Of a stretch of DNA of 64,000 nucleotides, positions 1 through 9,769 are shown one piece after another. Each line of letters starts with the position of its first letter. Within the stretch, counting starts at the first letter, position 1. Both the position numbers and the translations under genes were made by a program. The DNA comes from a virus (taxonomy: Duplodnaviria; Heunggongvirae; Uroviricota; Caudoviricetes), in IMG/VR virus record IMGVR_UViG_3300031133_000383, positions 373,044-437,043 of that record, one strand, 5' to 3'. The notes below the pieces were generated by a model. It did not search any database and had not been told where the DNA came from. It saw only the letters and a list, made by a program, of their open reading frames with translations.

Positions 1-1
1 A

Positions 2-499
2 CAATTTGCTCCGAAATGGACACCAGTTTGTCCTAGTAATATCAAACAAGATAATGATTCAAGACTGCATTCCGATATTTGGATTGCATTGGGGTTCGAT
101 TTCGATGGTCAAGAATACGACTATAGCACTAAAGAAAACTTAATTCTGTCGGCGATTGTTGATGAACTTCATAACGAAGTTTTCCCAGCCGGTGAATTTA
201 TCACTTTGAACTCGGCGGGGCTGAAAACATTTACAGGTAAAGTAGTTACTCCACAGTCAAAAAAAATTACAAAACATGATATTCTGGTTATTCCACATGC
301 TGGATCTGAATTTGAGATTTTTGCTCGGCAAGCGGGTCTTGTCATTTCAGAAGTAGGTGGTAAACTGGCTCACTTAGTCATTGTAGGTCGAGAAATGGGA
401 TTGCCTTTGGTTCGAGTTGATAATGCATGCGAGTTATTCAAGGAAGACGTTGTTATTTCTCTTAACTTTGATGAATGTACTTTAAAAGTAAAACGATAA
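2..499 (+). CDS. 5'-truncated protein with C-terminal PEP-utilising enzyme mobile (phosphohistidine swivel) domain
   Basis: Frame open from base 2; EVGGKLAHLVIVGREMGLP matches the GG-x-SH-AI-ARE-GIP swivel motif. Confidence 0.7.
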   Translation, partial: QFAPKWTPVCPSNIKQDNDSRLHSDIWIALGFDFDGQEYDYSTKENLILSAIVDELHNEVFPAGEFITLNSAGLKTFTGKVVTPQSKKITKHDILVIPHAGSEFEIFARQAGLVISEVGGKLAHLVIVGREMGLPLVRVDNACELFKEDVVISLNFDECTLKVKR

Positions 500-511
500 T
501 ACGAAACATAG

Positions 512-566
512 GTAACATACTCACGGCCATGAATCACCGGGATTTCCGGTAAAATATTCTAAATTT
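512..566. repeat. Dispersed ~55-bp intergenic repeat, copy 1
   Basis: TACTCACGGCCATGAATCACCGG core recurs at 42619-42674. Confidence 0.7.
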
Positions 567-625
567 TTGTTTTCATTTAGGCTGTTTTGATGTATAATCT
601 CCTAAATCGTTAAGAGATTCTAGCC

Positions 626-1126
626 ATGAGCGAAAAGCCTACAAAAATCATCCCCTTCATTCCTCACTATAAACGTGGAAACAATGAAGTAGTTTTAGAA
701 ACGGAATCTGATTTTTATGACCGTCTTGGCAATAAGGCTAGGGTTACTAAAGTCGTTTATCGTGACAACAAAGGTAAATTTCACGAAGAAACTATTCGTG
801 TCAAATGGGAACAGCTAATTGACATCAAAAAGACGGTTCCTGAGAAAGTTCATTTGGTTCGGGCCTATATCAGTTTGATGGTGTGCAGTAATGGCTTGTT
901 TTTTTATACTACTTTAGCCATGAGTAATGGTGTTGTATCAACTCCAAAATGTTCAAAAGAACTCTATAAGGCTTTGTATGATGTTTTTTATTTTGCCAAT
1001 ATGTTTGGTATCGAACCTGATATCTATGAACCCTCTGAGCATGTTTCTGCTGCTGAGATTGCAGCGGCTTACGAAGAAATTAGCCTTCTTGTTGAAAGCA
1101 AAAAAAATCGAAAATCTGACATGTGA
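626..1126 (+). CDS. hypothetical protein
   Basis: 166-aa ORF with TATAAT promoter and GAG RBS. Confidence 0.75.
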   Translation: MSEKPTKIIPFIPHYKRGNNEVVLETESDFYDRLGNKARVTKVVYRDNKGKFHEETIRVKWEQLIDIKKTVPEKVHLVRAYISLMVCSNGLFFYTTLAMSNGVVSTPKCSKELYKALYDVFYFANMFGIEPDIYEPSEHVSAAEIAAAYEEISLLVESKKNRKSDM

Positions 1127-1512
1127 TTGATATGCTAATCTTCTTTCCTGTTCTTATTTTGGTATTGAATTGGCCTTTATATTTTATAGGTCTAATGGAT
1201 ATCTATACATTTCAAGATCTTTTTAAGTTTTTTAGTTATATGATGATGATAAGTATAGGTTTGAACATTTTTTATACTTTTTTGTCAATATTTTATGTAT
1301 TTAGAATTCGCAATTTGAGCAATAAATATCATATTGTTCCATGGCTAGTTTGTTTGAATAGTTTAATTGCTTTTAAATTTATAGCATATTATGGTTATTT
1401 GAATTGGCTTCCAACTTTTTTGATTTGGTGTATGGTTACAATAACATTTTGCTTATTATCTTTTAAAATAATAGTGAAAAACCATCATAGAAAAATACAA
1501 TCTTTTGATTGA
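1123..1512 (+). CDS. hypothetical membrane protein (about 4 TM)
   Basis: Hydrophobic segments; overlaps upstream stop. Confidence 0.6.
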   Translation: MIDMLIFFPVLILVLNWPLYFIGLMDIYTFQDLFKFFSYMMMISIGLNIFYTFLSIFYVFRIRNLSNKYHIVPWLVCLNSLIAFKFIAYYGYLNWLPTFLIWCMVTITFCLLSFKIIVKNHHRKIQSFD

Positions 1513-1576
1513 TTTTTGTCTGTCTTCAGGCTATAATATCTCCTATTAAAATCAAATTCACAAAATAGAGGTTAAC

Positions 1577-1813
1577 ATGATTAAGTCATTAAAAGAGTAT
1601 GCATCTGTTGCTCGCCTGTGGGTCATTGAATATGAAAAATCTATTTTAGAATTGGGGATCACACATACTCTTGGAGGTACGTTTACTTCAAAAGAAGATT
1701 TATATTCTGCTATTGAAAGCCAGCTTAAAACTATTTTGAACAGTAAGGAACTTGAAGAAGATATTTCTTTTGAGTCTGCTCTTTTGATTCTTAAAGGTCA
1801 GAATGTAGCATAA
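1577..1813 (+). CDS. hypothetical protein
   Basis: GAGG RBS, downstream terminator. Confidence 0.75.
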   Translation: MIKSLKEYASVARLWVIEYEKSILELGITHTLGGTFTSKEDLYSAIESQLKTILNSKELEEDISFESALLILKGQNVA

Positions 1814-1826
1814 TATTTTTTACTTT

Positions 1827-1851
1827 AAAGCCATCTTCGGGTGGCTTTTTT
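1827..1851 (+). terminator. intrinsic terminator
   Basis: AAAGCCATC-TTCG-GGTGGCTTTTTT. Confidence 0.85.
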
Positions 1852-2056
1852 GATCAAGTTAAATTGATTTCCATTATTGTTAAAAACTCGTTTAAATCAA
1901 AAATATTTCGACAGTCATTTGTATTTAAAAAAGCTACAACATCTTCTTTTCCTTATTTTTCTAAATTTACCTTAATATTTTCTCTATCTTACTCTCTTTA
2001 GCTTTTTTATCAATAGCTTTACAATATGACATTTTTTATTTTTCTTTAAATAGTTG

Positions 2057-2085
2057 TTGACTGTAAACCATCATTTTGATAATAT
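2057..2085 (+). promoter_or_regulatory. sigma70-like promoter of tRNA/ncRNA operon
   Basis: TTGACT-17bp-TAATAT with extended TG. Confidence 0.75.
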
Positions 2086-2096
2086 AGTCACATCAA

Positions 2097-2180
2097 GCCC
2101 GAGTGGTGGAATGGTAGACGCGGTGGATTCAAAATCCTCTGTCGAAAGACGTGCCGGTTCGAGTCCGGCTTCGGGCACCA
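2097..2180 (+). tRNA. tRNA-Leu(CAA)
   Basis: Cloverleaf, long variable arm, loop TTCAAAA, encoded CCA. Confidence 0.95.
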
Positions 2181-2195
2181 AATTTATATTTTAAC

Positions 2196-2340
2196 TGTTG
2201 AAAAGAGATGCTGTGCTAATACCAGTGTGGCAGTAGAGGTGGTGACCTATTACTTTATTGCATGATGTTAGCAGGGTTATGAAAGTCACTATAATAGTTA
2301 AGGGTTGGTAGTAATGCATTTTCAATCTCTCTATGCATTA
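2196..2340 (+). ncRNA. structured ncRNA family A, copy 1 (unassigned)
   Basis: Tandem paralog at 2369-2520 with compensatory stem changes. Confidence 0.7.
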
Positions 2341-2368
2341 TGACTTTTATTGTTGGTAAGGTTTCAAT

Positions 2369-2520
2369 TGTCGAAAAGAGATGCAGTGGTAACACCCAAG
2401 CGGTGATAGAATTGGTGACCTATTATTTTATCACACGATGTTGCCATTAGTCAGGAAAGTCACTATAACAATTGAGACAGCAGTAGATGTGTTGTGTGCT
2501 TTAAATCTCTTTGTACACTG
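2369..2520 (+). ncRNA. structured ncRNA family A, copy 2 (unassigned)
   Basis: Shares GAAAAGAGATGC, GGTGACCTATTA, GAAAGTCACTATAA and AATCTCT with copy 1. Confidence 0.7.
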
Positions 2521-2568
2521 CATGCTGGACTACTGATTTGTAACGCAGGTTTTTATCCCTGCATTCTA

Positions 2569-2655
2569 TTTTGTTTAGGCTTGTAGCTCAGATGGTAGAG
2601 CGGAGGGCAGAAACCCTCGCGTCGGAGATTCGATTTCTTCCTCGCCTAGACAAAA
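2569..2655 (+). ncRNA. tRNA-Phe-like RNA with 6-nt anticodon loop, extended acceptor stem, no CCA
   Basis: Canonical D and T arms; GAGGG-CAGAAA-CCCTC; paralog at 16119. Confidence 0.7.
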
Positions 2656-2811
2656 TTTTTTATTTTTAATCAATCAAAGATGACAGCTATTTGAACTCTG
2701 GATTGGTGTAATGATTTTTTTCAACAACCTTGAGCTTGATGTTTTCAAAAAAGAAATCATGGTTAAAAATCTTGACTTCTTTAGCATCTGATGCTAATAT
2801 AACCACACAAA

Positions 2812-2895
2812 GCCCGAGTGGTGAAATGGTAGACGCGGGGGACTTAAAATCCCCTTCCTTACGGAGTGCCGGTTCGAGTCCGGCCTCGGGCACCA
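2812..2895 (+). tRNA. tRNA-Leu(TAA)
   Basis: Cloverleaf, loop CTTAAAA, CCA. Confidence 0.95.
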
Positions 2896-2903
2896 AATTT
2901 TAT

Positions 2904-2977
2904 TTCTCGTTAGTTTAACGGTAGAACAGCGGCCTCTAAAACCGTGTATGCGGGTTCGAATCCCGCACGAGGAACCA
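2904..2977 (+). tRNA. amber suppressor tRNA (anticodon CTA)
   Basis: GCGGC-CTCTAAA-ACCGT anticodon arm; intact D, T and acceptor arms; CCA. Confidence 0.85.
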
Positions 2978-2984
2978 GTATCAT

Positions 2985-3061
2985 GGGACTTTAGCTCAGT
3001 TGGTTAGAGCGTCCGACTCATAATCGGCAGGTCGTAGGTTCAAGTCCTACAAGTCCCACCA
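2985..3061 (+). tRNA. tRNA-CAT, probably Ile2 (lysidine type)
   Basis: Loop CTCATAA; paired 1-72; body resembles bacterial tRNA-Ile2. Confidence 0.85.
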
Positions 3062-3138
3062 AATTATCAAAAATTGTCTATATATTGTATATTTCCTTTA
3101 ATCAGGACAATTTGTTGCTACATCCTCTGAGGTGCCAA

Positions 3139-3489
3139 ATGAATTCAATTGATGTGAATAAAATAACCCCATCTTGGTATGTCAAAGATAATATTCTTTT
3201 TTTAGATATTCATTATTGGAAACGTAACGAAACAACAGAAGGCCACTGTGGAAGCACTCTAATTTGGAGGAAGACTATCATAAATGGCAATCTGATCGCC
3301 GCTTATAATTCCATAGTAAAATCAGCTAAAAAATATTTTGATTTACCCTACCTTAAAAAAATCAAGGTGGATAAGTCACCTGCAGTAACGCCTATTGATG
3401 AAAATCATGACTTTGATTTCTATCATCCTCTAGTAGTTTTTTTTATCGGGGTGCTTGTCGGTATGATTTTTATTAAAATGTTGAATTAA
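3139..3489 (+). CDS. hypothetical protein with C-terminal TM anchor
   Basis: GAGGTG RBS before ATG 3139; hydrophobic tail. Confidence 0.7.
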   Translation: MNSIDVNKITPSWYVKDNILFLDIHYWKRNETTEGHCGSTLIWRKTIINGNLIAAYNSIVKSAKKYFDLPYLKKIKVDKSPAVTPIDENHDFDFYHPLVVFFIGVLVGMIFIKMLN

Positions 3490-3523
3490 CTTTTTAATTT
3501 CGATACAGTATGGATATCTATTA

Positions 3524-4726
3524 ATGACAAACCGCCTTGAACTACTGTTAGCGAATACGCCTATTGAATCTGTTTTTGATCATTCAGATTTTAGTGTTGT
3601 TACAGAAGCTGCTAATGTAGGCGAAGTCAGTTTCAATCATTTTGATTTTTTAACTGATAAATCGTATACCGCTACTACCTTTTTCACTGGTCTTGTTCAA
3701 TCTCTTTCTTTTATCTTTCCAAATTTTACGATTTCCGAAATTAAAAGTTTAAGTTCTACGGCTTACTTTTACTTTGACATTTTCCCATTTCCTCAGATTA
3801 TGAATGATATGCATGCTTCTAATTTCAAAGTGCATGTACTTAATCGAAAAGATACAGTTCGTGTAAATTTCAACCTCTTTACTCTTTCGTTTCGTTTTAA
3901 AAAATGGATTTTTAGTTTTAGTGATACGTTCAAAAAAGAACAGGAAATGGAATCCATTTCTTTTGTTAATATTCATACTGCTATGCTGAGATCTTTTAAA
4001 GAATTGATTTCAGATGTCATGATTAAGCCACCTCTATTATTTAATAATGCAATCTTCAAGAAAATTATTGAAAATAAATCTAACTTTTCCTTTAACTCCA
4101 TGCGTTATGAAGATGTTTTTACACACGAAACTGATGTCAATTTTTCTAGGCATATTAAAAAAATTCAACCGTTGATGATTGTAGGCGATCTTCGCTCTAT
4201 CAAGGGTGTTGCTCAACCAGCTATGTTGTATGTAAAAGGTGATATTCGCGTAACTCGTAATGTTTTGAATGTTGCTAAATCAAGTGAAACACAAGTATAT
4301 TTTCGTTATGAATCCCTTGATTTTATAGACTCGCTATTTTCAGTGACTTTTTCTTCTGAGCAACTATCTTCTTTACGAAAGATACTTAATTTGATTAACA
4401 AGATTAATATTTGTTTTGAAAAAGAAGCGTATTCAGGTATTGAAGTCATTCGTATTAACAATTCCAAAAAAGCTATTTATAATTTGATTAAAGAAAAAAA
4501 TGCATTTCATATTACATTTGGTAGAACTAGTATTCATATCAATCGTTATATTGAATGCTCTATAATTATTAATAATTCATACCAATCTATCAAAGTTGAA
4601 AGTTTTGAAGAAGCTTTTAATTGTATTTATCAGGCATTCGCTGTACACGTTGCTAATTATTTTAATATTGATCAAAGCCTAGTGAATGATGACTATATCA
4701 ACTTATTGGAAATGGTTCGTCATTGA
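3524..4726 (+). CDS. hypothetical protein, C-terminal M-x-x-x signature group
   Basis: 400 aa; ends LLEMVRH. Confidence 0.8.
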   Translation: MTNRLELLLANTPIESVFDHSDFSVVTEAANVGEVSFNHFDFLTDKSYTATTFFTGLVQSLSFIFPNFTISEIKSLSSTAYFYFDIFPFPQIMNDMHASNFKVHVLNRKDTVRVNFNLFTLSFRFKKWIFSFSDTFKKEQEMESISFVNIHTAMLRSFKELISDVMIKPPLLFNNAIFKKIIENKSNFSFNSMRYEDVFTHETDVNFSRHIKKIQPLMIVGDLRSIKGVAQPAMLYVKGDIRVTRNVLNVAKSSETQVYFRYESLDFIDSLFSVTFSSEQLSSLRKILNLINKINICFEKEAYSGIEVIRINNSKKAIYNLIKEKNAFHITFGRTSIHINRYIECSIIINNSYQSIKVESFEEAFNCIYQAFAVHVANYFNIDQSLVNDDYINLLEMVRH

Positions 4727-4784
4727 CTTTTTTTTATAATTTTATATACTTCTTTTATTTTTATAATATTATTTCGGAGAATAT

Positions 4785-5492
4785 ATGATTAAAATTATGG
4801 AGTATATTGGCCCAGTCTTTACTGTAAATAATCCTCGATATAAACTAGTGCCTATTGAAGAAACAATACAATCTGCCTGTGTCAATGATGACTGTATCAA
4901 TTATCATCAGCCTCTTTTTGATGGTGTCTTTTGTCCTTTTTGTGGGATGAAAGGAGAGTCTTTTTCTTATACAGTTGATCGTTATTTAACACAAGAACTT
5001 GTTCCCGAAGATGAACAATGTAATCTCTATCTCAAAGCAATAGAACTAGAATCCAGAACGCTTCGTTTTATTCCAAAATTCAAGTCTTATCAATATAGCC
5101 CAAGTTTTTCGTTAATTCATTTTGTTTCAAAAAAATGTTCAAATTATACTTGCCAAGACAACAACCACGAATATCATGATGATTATGATTTTTGTTATCA
5201 GTGTGGATCTAAACTTTCAAATAATATTGATTCTCAACAAAATACTATATTTATTGATGATATTTTAAAAGAACAGAAAAATCAAATATCCTTAATTTTA
5301 TGTGATTCAATAGAACATTATGTTCTGCATAATTTGGATGAATTGATTTCAACACCGTTATTTGATCAGTTTATTATTGATTTCATGAACAGAAAAGAAT
5401 ACAAATCAATTATTAAAGAACTTGAATATATTTATGGTACAGGTACAGTTGTTGTTGAAAATAGACATATAACTTATCGACCAGATATTTAA
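4785..5492 (+). CDS. protein with two zinc-ribbon repeats
   Basis: CxxxxC..FCPFCG and CxxxxC..FCYQCG. Confidence 0.7.
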   Translation: MIKIMEYIGPVFTVNNPRYKLVPIEETIQSACVNDDCINYHQPLFDGVFCPFCGMKGESFSYTVDRYLTQELVPEDEQCNLYLKAIELESRTLRFIPKFKSYQYSPSFSLIHFVSKKCSNYTCQDNNHEYHDDYDFCYQCGSKLSNNIDSQQNTIFIDDILKEQKNQISLILCDSIEHYVLHNLDELISTPLFDQFIIDFMNRKEYKSIIKELEYIYGTGTVVVENRHITYRPDI

Positions 5493-5664
5493 GAATTCTC
5501 TGTTATTTATGAATACATATTGAATTTTTAAGAGGATGGGAAAAATATCTTGACCTTTAGTAAAAATCTTGATATTATTATAGGTATTAAAGCCTACAGC
5601 AGGTTTCCTATGGAGTATGCTAAGTGTTTAATGCATACAACTAACTGTTACTGCTGTTTATTTT

Positions 5665-5738
5665 GCGGAATTGGTCTAGTGGTTGGGCCGTAGCCTTCCA
5701 AGCTACAGAGACGAGTTCGATCCTCGTATTCCGCTCCA
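5665..5738 (+). tRNA. tRNA-Gly(TCC)
   Basis: Loop CTTCCAA, U73, CCA. Confidence 0.92.
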
Positions 5739-5895
5739 AATTTCAACAATGTGGTGGTAAAACAGCCCTATCTAAAAAAAATAAATATCCGATGAATAAT
5801 TAAAGCCTCTAAAAGAGGCTTTTTTATTGTCTTTAGTCTTCTTCTATTATATATTATATGTTAATATTATCATCTATTTTCATAGGCATTTAAAA

Positions 5896-6915
5896 ATGGC
5901 AACAACATTCTTTCACTTTTTATTTTACTTTTTATTTCCAGAATATGTAAAATTCAACAAGATTAAATACAAAGTACGTCGAAAATTTACATTTACAAAG
6001 GTTATTTATTATGCAAAATTTGATAATTATTTTTTGAAAATTTCATATTCATATGTAGATGTTATTAAATCTATTTTTTTCAAAAAAGATTTTGAAAATT
6101 TAAATTTTTGTCTTTGGTATAAAGATATTTGCATTACACGAGTTAATTTGAAACATACTTATACAAGTATCTTTGTTAATAATTATGATATTATTTTTTA
6201 CTCTATACAATATTTAAATGATTTTATTAGTTGTTTAGAGCAAAATGTAACATCTGATAACTTATTGGAAATTTGTAATCAATTAATCGATATTCCTTCA
6301 CCTGAGTTTATTATGTTTACATTTTACTATCAAAACTCTTATTCAATACGGTTTCCAAGTTATTCTAATGTCCCATTTTTCGGTTCAGTTTCAGACACTG
6401 AATCTTTTCATGATTTATGTGTTCTTATTTATGATAAATTTATTTATTTTAATAACTTTGAATCATTAAATAATAAAGATACCGTAGTAAAAGCTATGAA
6501 AGTATATCAAACATTGCAGACAATTTATTCTAAATACTCCATATCTGTCAATCGTTTTTCTAGACCTGAGAGTGGTCTTGTATTTCTAACATGTATCAGT
6601 TATGGTTCAACAGATGTATCTACAAATGATTTTTTAATTTTAGATTTAGATAACAAAACAGGTATTCTGTTTATCAATTTTTGGAGCGATAGCTACCTCT
6701 TTAATGTTGGTTTTACTTCCTCATCTTTACCTGAATTAGTTCGTCTTGTTATGCAGTATCATGCTGGCGTTTATTTGATGATAAATAAATCACCTATTAT
6801 TGAGAATAGTGAAAAGCCTTATTTTTATAGTAATTTTAATAGTGAGTTCGATTATAAATTTGATAAGATGGATGACTCAATGTTAGATATAATTCAAATG
6901 ATGCATTTAAAATGA
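5896..6915 (+). CDS. hypothetical protein, C-terminal signature group
   Basis: Long F/Y/N-rich ORF; ends IIQMMHLK. Confidence 0.75.
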   Translation: MATTFFHFLFYFLFPEYVKFNKIKYKVRRKFTFTKVIYYAKFDNYFLKISYSYVDVIKSIFFKKDFENLNFCLWYKDICITRVNLKHTYTSIFVNNYDIIFYSIQYLNDFISCLEQNVTSDNLLEICNQLIDIPSPEFIMFTFYYQNSYSIRFPSYSNVPFFGSVSDTESFHDLCVLIYDKFIYFNNFESLNNKDTVVKAMKVYQTLQTIYSKYSISVNRFSRPESGLVFLTCISYGSTDVSTNDFLILDLDNKTGILFINFWSDSYLFNVGFTSSSLPELVRLVMQYHAGVYLMINKSPIIENSEKPYFYSNFNSEFDYKFDKMDDSMLDIIQMMHLK

Positions 6916-6986
6916 AATTTTCAAATTTTTAACAAGTCTTTCTTAATATGTTGACTTTAGTTAATATCTACTGTATTATTGCGTCT

Positions 6987-7082
6987 TATTGGATTGAGAT
7001 GACGCTGAAATCGCCTCACAGAAAGGGCAGATCATCTTGTGGTATAGCGGCGATTGAATGGGTTCGAGGCCCATGTCCGATA
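6987..7082 (+). ncRNA. tRNA-like RNA (acceptor stem + T arm, no D stem or anticodon arm)
   Basis: TATTGGAT/GTCCGATA stem, ATGGG-TTCGAGG-CCCAT T arm, AATCGCC/GGCGATT helix; promoter at 6951. Confidence 0.55.
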
Positions 7083-7219
7083 CTGAATTGAATGATTTAG
7101 ACATTTGGTTTAAATCGTAATTATATAGAAGCATAAACAAAAAAAATAAGCACCACATACTTTTTATTAGGAAAATGGTGCTGTATTTTAAACTATAATT
7201 TTTTAATCTTGGAAAATAT

Positions 7220-7867
7220 ATGATTATAGAAAATGATGTCGTAAATTATATAGATTCTTACTTTAAAAAAAAGTTTAAAAATGTCAAATTGTATAATCCT
7301 ACCGTCACTTTATTTTCATCGTTACAAAATCAGGACGCACCTCATCGGTCTTATTCAGCTAAAATGACTATCGATGATAAACCTATAAATTTCTTAGTCT
7401 ATTATACTTTAAAAGATAATGAAGAAGGTGTTTTGTATCTAAACTCTATTAAAGTTAGTTTTATTAAGCAAGATATTAATCTTGTACTAAGTTTTATTCG
7501 CTCTATGGGACAATTAAAAAACTCTTCTGTTTTGGAAGATGTTAATACTTATCTCCTTAATATCTATAATTCAAATCTTCCACAAAAAATCAATATCAAC
7601 TTTCTTCAAAATTTTCATTTAAATAATATTCTTGTTCATAATGAAATCCGCATATACGACCTAAAAGATAACTTATCAGAAAATGAACATTCTGATTTTT
7701 TGATTGCTACTCATATTGGTCGTAAAAGTTCCATTTTAACTGATTTATCTTTGCCAGCTTTACCAAAATACGGTTCTGCAAATGTAGATGAAATCAGAAG
7801 CTTCCTTGATGCCTACCAGATTATAAAAAACGAAATTTTTGAATTGTTTAAGATCAACAGTTATTAG
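7220..7867 (+). CDS. hypothetical protein, C-terminal signature group
   Basis: 215 aa; ends LFKINSY. Confidence 0.75.
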   Translation: MIIENDVVNYIDSYFKKKFKNVKLYNPTVTLFSSLQNQDAPHRSYSAKMTIDDKPINFLVYYTLKDNEEGVLYLNSIKVSFIKQDINLVLSFIRSMGQLKNSSVLEDVNTYLLNIYNSNLPQKININFLQNFHLNNILVHNEIRIYDLKDNLSENEHSDFLIATHIGRKSSILTDLSLPALPKYGSANVDEIRSFLDAYQIIKNEIFELFKINSY

Positions 7868-8094
7868 TTTATTCATATGCTATTGAAATTATCCATTTAA
7901 GAACACCGAAAAGATTGTTGTCTTTTTCTATATTTTTTGGTATAATTACTTCCTATTCAAAGAGGAATGACCATTATGAACAAGATTATTTCTGCTATTG
8001 TTTTTGCACTGGCTTTTTCATCTTTCAATGCTAATGCAATGATTGATGTTTCGGACAAAAAATAAACCGTCACCTAATTCAAGAGGCACTACTA

Positions 8095-8568
8095 ATGTCA
8101 AAATCTATTCAGACAGCATCCACTATTGCTGATATGACTTATGAACAGAAAATTGAATATTTCTTATTTGATGATGGTTCTGTTTCCGGTCTGCGTTACA
8201 AAGAGCGTAGTAAATTTTGGAGAAGCATGGGGTTGTGGGAGGGTGGTTATTTTCCTGAACTGCATCAGGTTGCCTTGAAACTCATGATGTATAAGGGTAA
8301 TAAAGACAACCTTGATCAGACTATTAACTCGATCTCTGATATTTTACCTTTTCTGAAAGAATATCAAGGCATCAAACAGTTGGGTGTTTTTGAGCACACT
8401 CTTTCTGAAAATGGTCGATTCATTGTCGAGATTTCGGCATCGTCATATGAATTGGTTCTTTATCGCTATCATCGTCGCAGCGTTATAAAAGCATTTGATG
8501 ACTTGCGTTCTTTGGTTGAATATGTTCAAGAATATCATTACTATGAAAATTCTATGATTGCAGAATGA
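8095..8568 (+). CDS. hypothetical protein
   Basis: GAGG RBS, 157 aa. Confidence 0.8.
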   Translation: MSKSIQTASTIADMTYEQKIEYFLFDDGSVSGLRYKERSKFWRSMGLWEGGYFPELHQVALKLMMYKGNKDNLDQTINSISDILPFLKEYQGIKQLGVFEHTLSENGRFIVEISASSYELVLYRYHRRSVIKAFDDLRSLVEYVQEYHYYENSMIAE

Positions 8569-8588
8569 TTTAACAGTGCAAAAAACTG

Positions 8589-8696
8589 TTGACGTGTAGA
8601 TGTTTTTTTGATACTATAGCTTTATTGAAACAGCGAAACAACCAGCTAAAAAGTTTTGAAAAAGATGTTGCTAAGGTTTGTGTTTTGTGTTAGAAT
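8589..8696 (+). promoter_or_regulatory. tandem sigma70-like promoters upstream of ncRNA family B / tRNA-Cys
   Basis: TTGACG-17-TACTAT and TTGCTA-17-TAGAAT. Confidence 0.7.
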
Positions 8697-8715
8697 GACA
8701 GCATGAAATGAATAC

Positions 8716-8845
8716 GGAGCCTGTCAGCGAACAGGTTGGGTGGTAGCGGTGTCGCGGGCAAGCCATCACAGTGAAAGTTACATTGATGCAGGGGTTGCAT
8801 TGATTAAAACGATTGGGCGAATCGGTTTCTTTCACAACTTAATTT
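8716..8845 (+). ncRNA. structured ncRNA family B, copy 1
   Basis: Three paralogs with covarying stems. Confidence 0.75.
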
Positions 8846-8889
8846 GATAATAGGTAGTAGTTGTTGTACTGTCTAGTTTGAAGAGATAT

Positions 8890-9019
8890 GGAGCCTGTCT
8901 ACAAGCAGGTTGGGTGGTAGCGGTGTCGCGGGCGAACCATCGACGTGAAAGATTCATTGATGCGGGGAAGGCATTGATTAAAACGGTTAGGTGGACCGGC
9001 TTCTTTCACAACCTAATTT
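8890..9019 (+). ncRNA. structured ncRNA family B, copy 2
   Basis: Tandem paralog directly before tRNA-Cys. Confidence 0.75.
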
Positions 9020-9021
9020 AT

Positions 9022-9095
9022 GGCTGCTTGGCAGAATGGTCATGCACCGGATTGCAAATCCGAGTATGGGGGTTCGATTCCCTCAGCAGCCTCCA
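9022..9095 (+). tRNA. tRNA-Cys(GCA)
   Basis: Loop TTGCAAA, U73, CCA. Confidence 0.93.
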
Positions 9096-9100
9096 ACACA

Positions 9101-9127
9101 AAAGACTTCTTCGGAAGTCTTTTTTTT
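9101..9127 (+). terminator. intrinsic terminator
   Basis: AAAGACTTC-TTCG-GAAGTCTTT + T run. Confidence 0.85.
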
Positions 9128-9250
9128 ATTTCAATATATACACAGTATGAATACATATAATTTAATAAATGTTCATTTGTAATTGTATATTGTCATTCTC
9201 ATGATTCTTTGCTATAATAGCCTTAGCTTATCAATGGTTTGAGGGATTCC

Positions 9251-9769
9251 ATGGACTTTACAAATATCGACAAAATTGATCATCAGTTCATTCAGGCCCA
9301 TGAACTTAAATCTGCCGATCTTCTAAAATACCTTTTTGGAGAGCTTACAGAAATTTCTCTCTATTATCCTGATTTTTATGCATGGCTGACCAACACAGTT
9401 ATGCCCGGTTTGATTTCAGGAGAACGTAGCATTATTCTTGAGCATCGTCATGGCGAATTGGCAGGGGTTGCGATCTTGAAGGATAGTGTTGATGAGCAAA
9501 AGTTATGTTGTCTGCGAGTCATTCCTAAATTTCAGGGTATAGGCATTGGCTTGAAACTGTTTGAGAGATCTTTTAATGAGCTTGACACTGATAAACCTCT
9601 TTTATCTATTGCAGAGGAAAACACTCATAAATTTAAAAAGATTTTAGCTTATTATGGATTTCAACTGGAAGAAGAGTATTCTGATCTTTATCGCCTGAAT
9701 AAGACTGAATTTAGTTTCAATGGCGTCTTGCTTGTTCCTAAAGAAAAAAAATGGAATATTGATCAATGA
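9251..9769 (+). CDS. GNAT family N-acetyltransferase
   Basis: LRVIPKFQGIGIGLKLF acetyl-CoA motif A; YYGF motif B. Confidence 0.85.
   Translation: MDFTNIDKIDHQFIQAHELKSADLLKYLFGELTEISLYYPDFYAWLTNTVMPGLISGERSIILEHRHGELAGVAILKDSVDEQKLCCLRVIPKFQGIGIGLKLFERSFNELDTDKPLLSIAEENTHKFKKILAYYGFQLEEEYSDLYRLNKTEFSFNGVLLVPKEKKWNIDQ

Noticed and set aside
2687-2918. ORFs 2687-2896(-) and 2730-2918(+)
   Set aside because: Shadow translations of tRNA-Leu(TAA)
6976-7158. 60-aa minus-strand ORF with CPFC
   Set aside because: Antisense to a promoter-driven tRNA-like structure; no RBS
8878-9182. ORFs 8878-9150 and 8991-9182
   Set aside because: Overlap ncRNA B copy 2 and tRNA-Cys; frame not conserved in the paralogous repeats
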